DNA from: a virus
IMG/VR virus record: IMGVR_UViG_3300045988_092720
Direction: 5' to 3' (one strand)
Length of the DNA stretch: 64,000 nt
This document shows, one piece after another, positions 47,486-57,111 of this stretch; position 1 is the stretch's first letter; every line of letters begins with the position of its first letter. The translations under genes and the position numbers were made by a program. The notes under the pieces are model-generated. The model saw only the letters and a program-made list of their open reading frames with translations, had not been told where the DNA came from and made no database searches.

Positions 47486-47838
47486 TAAACGCCTCCATAT
47501 TTGGCTGTAGATTTAATAATTTTACCTGTATTTTCAGAGTAGATTGTGTTAGTGGTGCGGAATTCTGGATTTTTAGCCAACCAGATGTTTAGCCATTTAG
47601 CTGCTTCAATATTATCTTTACCTTGACATTGTTGATATTGCATTAATTCAAAGTCAGTAGCAAATCTGTGTCTAGGTATCATGGCAATCTTCTTGGCTTT
47701 ACCATCATGAATGCGACCTTCTTCCATGCTATCACGCATACGCTGACATTCACGAAGTACTACACCTTCATCATATGTTTGTTTGATTTTCCAATCACCA
47801 GTTTTAGGGTCAATTTCTACTTGTGTGCCTATATTCAT
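47485..47838 (-). CDS. hypothetical structural protein (117 aa; track ORF 47485..47883 starts inside the terminator)
   Basis: AGGAGGT RBS then ATG 47838 (MNIGTQ), immediately after a terminator hairpin. Confidence 0.45.
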   Translation of the reverse strand: MNIGTQVEIDPKTGDWKIKQTYDEGVVLRECQRMRDSMEEGRIHDGKAKKIAMIPRHRFATDFELMQYQQCQGKDNIEAAKWLNIWLAKNPEFRTTNTIYSENTGKIIKSTAKYGGV

Positions 47839-47849
47839 AGTACCTCCTA

Positions 47850-47875
47850 AAAAAAATAGGGGAGGTCGCCCTCCC
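47850..47875 (-). terminator. intrinsic terminator/attenuator right after the major capsid gene
   Basis: Minus-sense GGGGAGG-gcga-CCTCCCC followed by TATTTTTTTT. Confidence 0.55.
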
Positions 47876-47886
47876 CATATCATTTA

Positions 47887-49056
47887 TTATTTTGTGATGT
47901 TGTAAATACGAGCGTTAGCAATAGGTGCAGTACATTCTAAAGTAGCATCACCAGTGATGTATTTAGATTTGTAAGTACCTTTACGCAAACCATTTTCAAC
48001 GTGGAATGGAATTAAGTAACCCAATTTCCAGTATTGTGCTTCGATTAAGTCTACTACGTCATCTGTGTACATACGATGGGAAACTAAGTCGATACGACCG
48101 AAATCTGTTTCCAATACATCTACAACTTCTACCAATTCTTTAGAAGTTTGTTCACGGTTTTTAGTAGTACCTTGAGTGAAACCAGAGCATACACGTTTGT
48201 TTTTACCAGACATTACAGCGAAATCAATGGAACCGCCACGGGACCAAGCTGCTTGCATAGCATCATTAATAATGTCGAATGTCAATTTACCAGCATTTGC
48301 ACCAGTAATAGCACCAGCATCTACTGCGTTGCCAGAAGTTAATTCGCATTTACCAGCGGAAATAGCAGCAGCAGGTTTAATAACAGTAGGTGCAGTTGCA
48401 GTTGTTTCTTGCTCAGTTGCACAAATGTTGAAAGTATTAGCATCAATAACTTTTACGAAGTATTGAGTGTTAGCTTTCAAGTTAGCATCAAGTGTATTAC
48501 CTGCTTTACCACGGAATACAACAACATCGCCATTTACAAATTTATGGTTTGTAAGTGTGAATACACCAGTAGTTGCAGCAGTTACCTCTTTGAAGTTTTC
48601 TAAGAAGTAAGGGATACCACCCATTTTACCAGCGATTGCATCATCACCCATAACTTTGGATTTGTTGCGAACGATAGCATATTCAAGGTCACGACCAATT
48701 TCTTTAGTCGCTTTTACCATTTGGTAACCCAACTCATCTGCTACGCCATATTTAGCGATTGCTTGAGTTGTATCAGTAACGGAGTAACCATGTAAGAATT
48801 TTTGTACATAGTTAGAGTCACGTTTACGTGGATTTGCCTTTTGAGAGTCGAAGTCAACTGCTTCTTGGAAGGCATTTTCCATAGCAGGACGCAAGGAGTC
48901 ATTCAACCATGCGTGCTCAGTGGAAGTAACTTTAGTTTTACCAAACTTATTAGTTAATAGTGTTTGGTCAGGGTCAATTGCTGTAACAAAATCAGTAATG
49001 TCCTCTTTTTTACCTACAACGGTAAAGGAACGGACAGCCATATCTTTATCTGCCAA
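47887..49056 (-). CDS. major capsid protein (389 aa)
   Basis: Sits after the scaffold-like gene; terminator directly downstream; composition typical of a major capsid protein. Confidence 0.5.
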   Translation of the reverse strand: MADKDMAVRSFTVVGKKEDITDFVTAIDPDQTLLTNKFGKTKVTSTEHAWLNDSLRPAMENAFQEAVDFDSQKANPRKRDSNYVQKFLHGYSVTDTTQAIAKYGVADELGYQMVKATKEIGRDLEYAIVRNKSKVMGDDAIAGKMGGIPYFLENFKEVTAATTGVFTLTNHKFVNGDVVVFRGKAGNTLDANLKANTQYFVKVIDANTFNICATEQETTATAPTVIKPAAAISAGKCELTSGNAVDAGAITGANAGKLTFDIINDAMQAAWSRGGSIDFAVMSGKNKRVCSGFTQGTTKNREQTSKELVEVVDVLETDFGRIDLVSHRMYTDDVVDLIEAQYWKLGYLIPFHVENGLRKGTYKSKYITGDATLECTAPIANARIYNITK

Positions 49057-49078
49057 TTTTCATACCTCTTTCAAAAAA

Positions 49079-50140
49079 TTATAGCTGGGTCAAGCCAGTC
49101 TTTTGGAATAATTGTACCAACTGGTCATTAGTCATTTTACCCATCGCCTTGAAATCTACATCTTGTGTAACAGACGTTGGAGGTCGTGTACCACTACCTG
49201 CTTGTTCAAGGACAGGTGGCTTTGGTTTTGCAGTTGGTTGTGGAATATTTGGTACCACTTGTTGTGGTGGATTTTGCTGATTATGTTGTGCATTCAACAT
49301 TCCGTAATATTCATTACGAGCTGCTGTCATAAATTGTGCTACTGTATCAGCATCGTAATTGTTTAAAGCATTTTGAATTTTTACTGCTTGTTGATAAGGC
49401 ATGTTTTGTAAACGCCATTCAGCATAGCGGTCAATTTCTTCAAAGTTCGGGTCTTGTCGGAACTGGTTGACTACGTTAGCAAAATTCTTCTGGATAGATT
49501 GTTGTTCATAGATTTGTGCCTTAATTGTAGCAACACTATCAGTTAAAGCAGCAATATGAACTGGATTGAGTTCATCAAACTCAACACCTAAATTACGCTC
49601 AACTTCGCCCTTAGCAAACTCTGCAAGTTTATTATAATATTCCGCTTGGGTAAATTGTGGTTGTTGCGGCTCTTGTGGTTCAGGTTGTACTTGTGGTTGT
49701 TGATACTGAGCATATTGTTGTTGTAACTGTCTACGTTCATCAGCTAATGCTTGTGTCTTACGAGAATAATCTGCTTGGCGTTGGTAGCCATTCAAAAGTT
49801 CTTCAAGTGGAACTTGCATTTCTTGACCGTCAACTTTGACTGTATACATCTGTGGTTCTGGTGTCGCATTTTGTGGTTCTGTTGGTTCTACTTGTCCTTC
49901 GTCAGAGTCCTGCGTTTCTGGTTCAGGGGCATGTTCTTCATCACCATCAAAAGCAAACATTCGATTGCCATTGAAGAATACATCTCCGTTTTCGTCAATA
50001 CCAAAATCAAAATCAGCAGGTTCAGTCTGAGGCTCTACCTCAGGTGCATCACCAGTTGTTTCTGTTGGTGTAGCGTCTGTTGCAGGTACTTCAGCTTCAC
50101 CCTCTGCAAATAATTGCAAATCAAATTCAAAATCCTTCAT
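49079..50140 (-). CDS. scaffolding-like protein (353 aa)
   Basis: Acidic N-terminus (DLQLFAEGEAE), Q/P-rich coiled-coil centre. Confidence 0.45.
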   Translation of the reverse strand: MKDFEFDLQLFAEGEAEVPATDATPTETTGDAPEVEPQTEPADFDFGIDENGDVFFNGNRMFAFDGDEEHAPEPETQDSDEGQVEPTEPQNATPEPQMYTVKVDGQEMQVPLEELLNGYQRQADYSRKTQALADERRQLQQQYAQYQQPQVQPEPQEPQQPQFTQAEYYNKLAEFAKGEVERNLGVEFDELNPVHIAALTDSVATIKAQIYEQQSIQKNFANVVNQFRQDPNFEEIDRYAEWRLQNMPYQQAVKIQNALNNYDADTVAQFMTAARNEYYGMLNAQHNQQNPPQQVVPNIPQPTAKPKPPVLEQAGSGTRPPTSVTQDVDFKAMGKMTNDQLVQLFQKTGLTQL

Positions 50141-50180
50141 TACGTTCTCCTTTCACTCCCTAGTGGGTTGGTGAATAATC

Positions 50181-51320
50181 TTAAATTAATCCAGCAGGGT
50201 TCGATGCATAATAATCACGAACATTATCACTACCACCGCTACCACCTAAGCCATTGAAAAATCTACCGATGGCAGAGCCTTCCCAAATAGACTCATGTTT
50301 AGGAGCAGTGTATACTGGTTGTTGGTAATGCATCATCGCACGTTGGGTACTCACCTCTGGTTCATAGCTTACACTAGGTGCCTCATCATAAGATGGTTCA
50401 TAAGAACCACCATAAGAAGCAGCTCTAGCTTGTGCCACTCTAGCAGCTTCGGCTTCTGCTTGTTGACGTAAGCGTTCTTGTTCTGCTAGATATTCACGAT
50501 ATGGTGCACGAATGGCTCCTTGCCGATATAACTCTTCGATTTCTTGTGGGTGGAATTCAGTACGTGCTTTCATAGACGTAATATCATCTGCACCCCAACC
50601 AAGTTCTCCGAGTTTTTTGTCATCTGCCCATTGATAACCCATCTCTTTAGAGAATGGATTTTGTCGTGCCCATGCCATATCTTGAGGAATTGCATCCATA
50701 CGTTGCTGAGCAATCTGTCCCATTGTTAATGGGGTATAGTTTCCTTCAGCTGCGTTTCGGAATTTTTCCTCTAAAGCCTTACCTTGTTGCAAAATATCAT
50801 AAATAGCACTAGGATTAGACAAGCCTTGATGGCTGGCTGCAAATTCTTGACTACCATCACTTTGGAATTTAGGTGCCATACTCACAGATGTAAAATCTTG
50901 TGATGGCTTATACATGCCGTCTTTAGGGAAGCCTTGAGTAGCCTCATATTGAGCTTTCGCCTGATTAATCGGTTCTCTTTGCTTCATAAAATCTTGGTAG
51001 TTAGGAACAGCAGCTTGAACACCAGCTTGTTTTGCCAATTGTTCTGCAATTGGAGCATAGCCCATACGTGGTGTCAAATCCATATGTGGTTGACTAGGTG
51101 TAGGGTTAGCTGTCATAACCTGATGCTGTGGTTTTGCATTAGGGCTAGGTTTTTTATCTAGCAAGGCTTGTTGTTCTGCCGAAAAATTTTGCCTTTCACT
51201 ATATTCTTCTTTTTCTGGCGTTTTGTCCATTTTTTGTTTCTCTTGAGATAATGGAGTAAATGTACCAGAGTTAATGTCATATTGAAAAGGCAATTTTGTT
51301 GGACTGTAAGAAATCTTCAA
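50181..51320 (-). CDS. hypothetical head-module protein (379 aa)
   Basis: Q/P-rich ORF downstream of the portal. Confidence 0.4.
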   Translation of the reverse strand: MKISYSPTKLPFQYDINSGTFTPLSQEKQKMDKTPEKEEYSERQNFSAEQQALLDKKPSPNAKPQHQVMTANPTPSQPHMDLTPRMGYAPIAEQLAKQAGVQAAVPNYQDFMKQREPINQAKAQYEATQGFPKDGMYKPSQDFTSVSMAPKFQSDGSQEFAASHQGLSNPSAIYDILQQGKALEEKFRNAAEGNYTPLTMGQIAQQRMDAIPQDMAWARQNPFSKEMGYQWADDKKLGELGWGADDITSMKARTEFHPQEIEELYRQGAIRAPYREYLAEQERLRQQAEAEAARVAQARAASYGGSYEPSYDEAPSVSYEPEVSTQRAMMHYQQPVYTAPKHESIWEGSAIGRFFNGLGGSGGSDNVRDYYASNPAGLI

Positions 51321-51448
51321 AATACATTATCCTTTCTATAAATTTGTTCATTACCCAGAACGTGGGAGATAATAGGACCACCTCCGTCATACTACGCCAA
51401 ATATGAATTCAGTCATCTTACTATCACCCCCAATCATGAGTTGTATAA

Positions 51449-51787
51449 CTAAACTGGATAATAACCACGTTGATTTTCAAATTTGTGTTTTTCCAGTAAA
51501 GTTGCCAGTTCTTGTTCGGCAATTACGCCATTTGTAATAATAGCATTCAAGAAGTCATTAAAAGCCTCCGACGCTACGAGAAGGTTCCGTTGGTGCTCCA
51601 TTTCCGTTACGTGGCACGATTTGAGGCGATTGATTATCAGTTCTTGATAAGCCCCCAACCAGTCCTTGAGCAAGGTTTGGACCGCCAAAGCTAAATCCTT
51701 GTCCGCCATTTCCGCCTTGAGTTGCTCCGTTTCCTTGTAGAGTGTTGAATAATCCTGTTTGTTCTGTTCCATTTCCTTCTCCTCCAA
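51449..51787 (-). CDS. hypothetical protein (112 aa) overlapping the portal 3' end
   Basis: Non-low-complexity ORF overlapping 51558..53699 by 230 nt in another frame. Confidence 0.3.
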   Translation of the reverse strand: MEEKEMEQNKQDYSTLYKETEQLKAEMADKDLALAVQTLLKDWLGAYQELIINRLKSCHVTEMEHQRNLLVASEAFNDFLNAIITNGVIAEQELATLLEKHKFENQRGYYPV

Positions 51788-53699
51788 ATAATAACTGTAG
51801 TTCTGGTGGTAGCATCAATAAGTATTGAGGTGGTAATACACCAAATGTCATATATGCTTGTAATGCTTCTGGTGGTAAACTACCAAGGACTTGTTGTTTA
51901 AGTTGCATATCCATAATTGCACGTTGTTGTACAACAGCAGGGTCTGTAACATAATCATTGTAATTTTTAAAACCAGCACTTTCAATCCATTTTTTGAATA
52001 GATTGTAAATGTTTTGTGGTGTAACAATAGGAATACCAGCTGCTTGTGTTTGCATTAAAGCTGTAAGCATTGTTTGCAAAGTCATAATAGTAGACTCTTT
52101 AGTAGAAATACTGATACCAGCATTGACAACCAAATCGAAATTGCCATTTAAGTCGTCAGGGCTAATACGTAACTGTTTGTTAGTTAGTCGAACCACTGTT
52201 TCTTGGTCTACGAATTTTTGGTTCAAGCTAACCATAAAACGAAACAGTTCCGATATCCCTGTCTCCGCAAACATACGAGCAATTAATTCAAGCCGTTGTG
52301 CAGATTGTCCTAAAATAGCACTAATGCCTGTAGCCGTTTTGTTTAGGCTGTTAGCATCAAGACCTTGGTTATACCGTGTAATACCAGTGCGATTTTCCTT
52401 TTGCCCCTCTAGCCACTCTAAAAATTGGAAAGTTTGTGGGGATAATTGGTTTACAGGCATAGACATAGCTACGTCACCCATACTAGCACCTGGTTTTTTA
52501 CGAATAACCTTACGACCTTCAATATAGTCAGAGATGTTAATACTATCTTCAGACAAAATCATTTTAGGGTCATTTGTCAATGCAATATTTTGTACGATTT
52601 GGCGAGTTAAAGCTACTTTCATATCTTGTAATTCACCAATAAGTTCTGCATAAGAACGCTTAACCCAAATACGATGTGGGTCTTTAGTTGGAGAAATAGA
52701 GAAGAATGGGTGTCTACCCATGTAATTAGGCTCAGCACGTAGGATTACATCACCAGCAACGGTAATAATCATATCCTCAAGAATACCATCGTTATTGAAG
52801 TCAATCTTGGTATAGCACTCATAAATTGTAACTTCATCACGTGCTTTTTCTTGATTATTTTTATTAAGAGGAGTGTAATTATCGCCAATAGCTTGTTCTA
52901 CTTCGTTAGATAGCCAAGATGTAGGACCATTATCTGGTTTAACCATATCTACATTAGCGTAAATACCCTCTTTTTCTTTTTGACGAAGATGAGACATGGT
53001 AACTTTTTTACGGTGTGCCACGAAATTCGCATCTTCGAGGTTTTTAGCATCAGGAGAATATAGAAATTCTGATACTAAGATGTTCTCAATTTTAGGACTA
53101 TTCTTAATATAATACGGAGAATTCCATGTAACCATGAAGTCACCCATCATATCTGGACCTTGTACATTGGTAATTTCAACACCAGTATGAGCTAATAACT
53201 GTAAAGCCTCGGCATTGAGCTTTTGTGTTTCTGGTGTCCACCCCTCTGTACGTTCCCAATAGCATTTGATAATACCCATACCTGTAATCAAAGAGTCTTT
53301 CATCCAATTATACAGAATAGGGAAGAATTTGTTTTGGCGTTGCAATTGATATACAAGTAAACTTTGCATAACTTCTGCATTTTGGTCATCTTCTTCAGTA
53401 ACACCAGCTACTGTAATTACTTCGTCAGAGCCAGTAAATACCTTCATCAAAGATGGTAACGCCCATTCAATAGTATCCGCCACATCTGTAGATACCAAAG
53501 AAGAAGTTTTACTTAAAATAGGGAATTTATTAGCGTAGTAATCTTTATCAGCATAGTAAATCTGATAACGCTCACGGACAGTAGGCTCAATAATAGATTG
53601 TTGATATGCCTCAGCTTCCGCAATGTCAGCTTGTACAGACTTTAATAAAGCCTTATCCGCTTCTTCACCTGTTAATTCAACCATATATTCATCAGCCAA
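51558..53699 (-). CDS. portal protein (713 aa)
   Basis: Size and position right after the large terminase; Gly-rich C-terminal tail. Confidence 0.55.
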   Translation of the reverse strand: MADEYMVELTGEEADKALLKSVQADIAEAEAYQQSIIEPTVRERYQIYYADKDYYANKFPILSKTSSLVSTDVADTIEWALPSLMKVFTGSDEVITVAGVTEEDDQNAEVMQSLLVYQLQRQNKFFPILYNWMKDSLITGMGIIKCYWERTEGWTPETQKLNAEALQLLAHTGVEITNVQGPDMMGDFMVTWNSPYYIKNSPKIENILVSEFLYSPDAKNLEDANFVAHRKKVTMSHLRQKEKEGIYANVDMVKPDNGPTSWLSNEVEQAIGDNYTPLNKNNQEKARDEVTIYECYTKIDFNNDGILEDMIITVAGDVILRAEPNYMGRHPFFSISPTKDPHRIWVKRSYAELIGELQDMKVALTRQIVQNIALTNDPKMILSEDSINISDYIEGRKVIRKKPGASMGDVAMSMPVNQLSPQTFQFLEWLEGQKENRTGITRYNQGLDANSLNKTATGISAILGQSAQRLELIARMFAETGISELFRFMVSLNQKFVDQETVVRLTNKQLRISPDDLNGNFDLVVNAGISISTKESTIMTLQTMLTALMQTQAAGIPIVTPQNIYNLFKKWIESAGFKNYNDYVTDPAVVQQRAIMDMQLKQQVLGSLPPEALQAYMTFGVLPPQYLLMLPPELQLLFGGEGNGTEQTGLFNTLQGNGATQGGNGGQGFSFGGPNLAQGLVGGLSRTDNQSPQIVPRNGNGAPTEPSRSVGGF

Positions 53700-53701
53700 T
53701 A

Positions 53702-55138
53702 TTACATTGCACCTCCCATCGGTATGTCAGCAGTATTAACTGTTCCAAATGTTCCTACAGGTGGACTAGCAATAGCTGAAATGTGTGCTAAACTGTCAAT
53801 TAAATCGTCATGTAAAGATTTAGGGAACGATAAAAACTCGCTCTCAAGTTCTACTAAGAAGTCTTTGCCCATAGGGAACCACAATGTGCCAGCCTTAAAG
53901 CGTGGTTGCAATGCGGCAATACGAATTTCTTTCTTCTCCTTAGCCTCTAATGGCTTAACTGTGAACCAAGTATTACGAGCAATCATTTCTTTCTCCACAA
54001 AATGAATTAAAGCCGCCTGATAAGCGACCTTTTCAATACCAACAAAGATTGGTCGGTATTTTTGTACCATTCTAAAGATGGTGTCAATTGTTTTCGTTGG
54101 GTCCCATCGTCCATAATCAATTTCTAATAGGAACCAATGGTTTTCTGGATTTACGGCAACAGCACAGACAGATGTAAAGTCAGCTGTTTCCTTTTCAGAA
54201 ATAGCTAAATCGCAAGCGATAAAGATAGAACAATCTTCGATATTCAATACGTTAGGGTCATAATAGCGGAAGTATTCTTTTTTGAAGATTTGGCTTTCAG
54301 GAGAGATAGCAATACATAGTTTCTCACGTTCCCAAATATCTAACTGACCAAGTTTACGCCACTTTTCTCGTTCATCATTAATCGCTTCTACTGGATACAT
54401 CTCTTCCCAGTTAGATTGACCATCTTCATTTAATACAGGAATACGCTCAGCATCAAAACCTAATTCCTCTTTGTTGGATATTACCTGTTCAATAATACAC
54501 TTTTCACCAAGATTATTACCGATGAAGAATATCCGTGTGTTCTTGCCAAGGAAATACACATCAGATAAGAACCATTGATAGTCAGATTTTTGCACTGTAT
54601 CAGATAAACTATCTTCCAAGTCTTGAGGGTCATCTATGAGGATAATATCAGGTCGTCTATCCTTGTTATTCAAACCACGGACACTAGAACCCTTACCATA
54701 CGCTTCCATACGCACAGTGATTTCTTCACCGTTTTTATCCTTCACCACAATTTCAAATGCCTTCTCAGACTGTTCTTTAATACGAACAAGATTAAGGTTC
54801 ATTAATTCATTACTGGTGTATTCTTCTGCAATATCTTTAAGCCTTCGGCTGGCTGCCCGTTGGTTAGCCATGATAAATACGATGTATTGCTTCTTCTTGG
54901 ATGGAAATACCAAACAGTGAATTGGGAAAGCTCTTAATACGTACGACGTTTTCGCACTCTCACGGAAGCCCTCTACCGCATAATGTCTATCTCCGTTTAG
55001 TAATACCTCTCCCCATTTACGGTGAAACCAAGCAGGCTTTACTTCGTTCTCCGCTGGAAGAAACATCTGCCTAAATAATACCAAGTCATTCTCACATCTA
55101 TCGTAAATCTCAGCTAATTGTTCAATCTCTTTCGACAT
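53702..55138 (-). CDS. terL: terminase large subunit (478 aa)
   Basis: Walker-A-like EGFRESAKTSY; C-terminal nuclease-like acidic residues; AAAGGAGAG RBS; first gene of the late operon. Confidence 0.6.
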   Translation of the reverse strand: MSKEIEQLAEIYDRCENDLVLFRQMFLPAENEVKPAWFHRKWGEVLLNGDRHYAVEGFRESAKTSYVLRAFPIHCLVFPSKKKQYIVFIMANQRAASRRLKDIAEEYTSNELMNLNLVRIKEQSEKAFEIVVKDKNGEEITVRMEAYGKGSSVRGLNNKDRRPDIILIDDPQDLEDSLSDTVQKSDYQWFLSDVYFLGKNTRIFFIGNNLGEKCIIEQVISNKEELGFDAERIPVLNEDGQSNWEEMYPVEAINDEREKWRKLGQLDIWEREKLCIAISPESQIFKKEYFRYYDPNVLNIEDCSIFIACDLAISEKETADFTSVCAVAVNPENHWFLLEIDYGRWDPTKTIDTIFRMVQKYRPIFVGIEKVAYQAALIHFVEKEMIARNTWFTVKPLEAKEKKEIRIAALQPRFKAGTLWFPMGKDFLVELESEFLSFPKSLHDDLIDSLAHISAIASPPVGTFGTVNTADIPMGGAM

Positions 55139-55319
55139 TACATCTCTCCTTTCTTACCCTTTCATTACTTTCTCCTAAAAATACAATTTTGTAGCGTATT
55201 TGTTACTCTACAGATAATTACAGAAAGAAAATACTCTACGTTTCTGCTTTCGTAATACCACTCTGAAGTGTATCCCTGAGAAAGCTGATACGTATTTTTT
55301 CTGACGAGTATTACAATAC

Positions 55320-55386
55320 GAGGAAGAAAAAAGAAAAAGAAAAGAAAGAAATATATAAAGAAAGAAAAGACAAAGAAAAAAGACTA
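55320..55386. repeat. polypurine (AG) tract of about 65 nt
   Basis: aggaagaaaaaagaaaaagaaaagaaagaaa...agaaagaaaagacaaagaaaaaagac. Confidence 0.8.
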
Positions 55387-55916
55387 GTAAACCACACTAT
55401 ACATAGTTTGCCATTTTTTGGTACTTACGATACCCCAACCCACCATTTCAACCGTATTACAATATCCACCTGTCAATTAAAAATAGCGTCCATTTTCGTA
55501 TTCTGGGGAGATACAATTACTTCATGTTACATTCATTTATAGTACTACCCTTTTTAGAAGCCCCACCCCTTTGGATTTTTGTATAAGCATGATTTCAGAA
55601 GTCTTTGAATTTTTGTATAAGCAGTCTCTATTTTCTATGTCCAGCCCCCACGCCCCGAATGCGAAGCCCCACCCCCTGAAGTGTGGAAGAGAAAGAGCAA
55701 ACAGATGTACGATAGAAAGGGCAAAATTCACAGTATTACAACGCACTATATAAAGTGGGGGGGTAATGTCGGAAAACACGGGGTAAATACAACGCATTAC
55801 ACTATATGATTGGATATGTGGCATAGTTTAGTCAAGGCAACTGACTAAGGGTTGCAGGATACACAAACAAGTATCCAGTTATATTACTTGCCCTCAAGGG
55901 CGGAAAGAGGTCTAAA

Positions 55917-56345
55917 ATGGCTAAAACTACAACAACAAATATCGTAACTGATTTCAAGGCTTTGCTTGAAAAAGCTCACAAACTATCTGAGGGCGAACGC
56001 TTGCCAATGGTAGAGCGTAAATATCAAGCTGTAACAGATACAAAAAATCTAACTGTATCCGTAACACTTGAATTGCCACTCAGTGAAGTAATGAAATCCG
56101 CAAAGGGCTCTAATTACATTGTCCCTATGGGCAATGTAAAAGGTGCTAGAGGCTCAAATGTGATTGAGGCTCACACTGAGGATGGGCTTATTATCAAATT
56201 ATACGCTGATAGAGCCTATATTTCAAGCGAAGCTCAAGAAAAAGAAAAAGCAGTGAAAAACGCTACTAATTCTGAAAAAGAGCTATTAAAAGAGCAAAAT
56301 AAAATGCTCATGGCTCTATTAGCTAAAAATGGTATTGAATTATAA
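55917..56345 (+). CDS. hypothetical protein (142 aa), monocistronic
   Basis: ORF followed immediately by a strong intrinsic terminator. Confidence 0.5.
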   Translation: MAKTTTTNIVTDFKALLEKAHKLSEGERLPMVERKYQAVTDTKNLTVSVTLELPLSEVMKSAKGSNYIVPMGNVKGARGSNVIEAHTEDGLIIKLYADRAYISSEAQEKEKAVKNATNSEKELLKEQNKMLMALLAKNGIEL

Positions 56346-56352
56346 TCCTAGG

Positions 56353-56385
56353 AGGGTAGTCTATTAAGGCTACCCTTTTTTTTTA
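56353..56385 (+). terminator. intrinsic terminator
   Basis: AGGGTAG-loop-CTACCCT hairpin followed by T9. Confidence 0.65.
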
Positions 56386-56902
56386 TTTTATATTTTAATT
56401 GTATACAATTATGTTTTATACTGTTATATTGGTATTATGGTAAATTTGATACAATGGAATTTTATATTATTCTTTTCCCCGCAAGTCAATTGTGTACAAT
56501 TGAATTGTATACTATTTTCTGGTGTTTTTTATGATGTTTAAAATCGAACATATGTTTATATACATTGTATAAAATTGAATTGTGTATAATGTAGCCTGCA
56601 ATCGAACACATTGTATGGAATTGTATTTTATGCAATTGAGTTTTATACTATTATCTTTTATAGAAATTGTATTTCATACAATTTGATTTTATTCTATTAT
56701 ATCTTATACTGTATTATCTTATATTGTTTATATTTTATAAAATGGAATTTGATACTTTTATTTTCCCCGCAACCGTATTGTATGCAATTGAATTGTATTC
56801 GATTATATTGTATTGTGTATCATCATACCCAATTAATTGTATGCAATCTTATTTTGTATTATTCAATCGTGATTATTGCTAGTTGTATAAAATTATATTT
56901 GA
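56386..56902. repeat. ORF-free iteron block (TTGTATNCAATT palindromes; two roughly 60-bp direct repeats)
   Basis: Copies such as aattgtatacaatt, gtgtacaattgaattgtatac, tgtatgcaattgaattgtat; long direct repeat aatggaattt..ttttccccgcaa..attgt.t.caattgaattgtat at about 56451 and about 56738. Confidence 0.7.
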
Positions 56903-56936
56903 GGCTATCCTATTGTGTAGGGTAGCCTTTTTTTTT
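56903..56936 (+). terminator. intrinsic terminator related to 56353..56385
   Basis: GGCTATCCTA-ttgtg-TAGGGTAGCC hairpin followed by T9. Confidence 0.6.
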
Positions 56937-57082
56937 ATGTCAAATTTTATTGTGTACAATTTAATCGTGTAATTTAAAACGCTTTATTTGCCCTGTACGG
57001 CGTTTTTATATGTTCCATGATAGATTATACCTAAAAATAGTTAGATAGGGCTTACAGCTTAAATAAATGAATTCTAGGGCTA

Positions 57083-57111
57083 TTGACAAAATTATATATA
57101 TGTGGTATTTT
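57083..57111 (+). promoter_or_regulatory. possible + strand promoter TTGACA-17-TGgTATTTT
   Basis: TTGACAaaattatatatatgtggTATTTT. Confidence 0.3.

Noticed and set aside
49112-50113. Several + strand ORFs (84-120 aa, Cys/Trp/Leu-rich)
   Set aside because: Antisense to the Q/P-rich scaffold gene; composition artefacts of the complementary strand.
52009-52527. 172-aa + strand ORF
   Set aside because: Antisense inside the portal gene; no RBS.
55455-55470. DnaA-box-like ATATCCACC
   Set aside because: A single imperfect 7/9 match; insufficient on its own to call a DnaA-dependent origin.
55537-55824. 95-aa minus-strand ORF and a 60-aa + ORF in the divergent control region
   Set aside because: No RBS, junk-like composition, and they span the C-tract/repeat region; more likely regulatory DNA.
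56611-56925. 104-aa and 71-aa Tyr/Ile/Leu-rich + strand ORFs
   Set aside because: They lie inside the AT-rich iteron block, are of extreme low complexity, have no RBS and are bracketed by terminators; chance ORFs.
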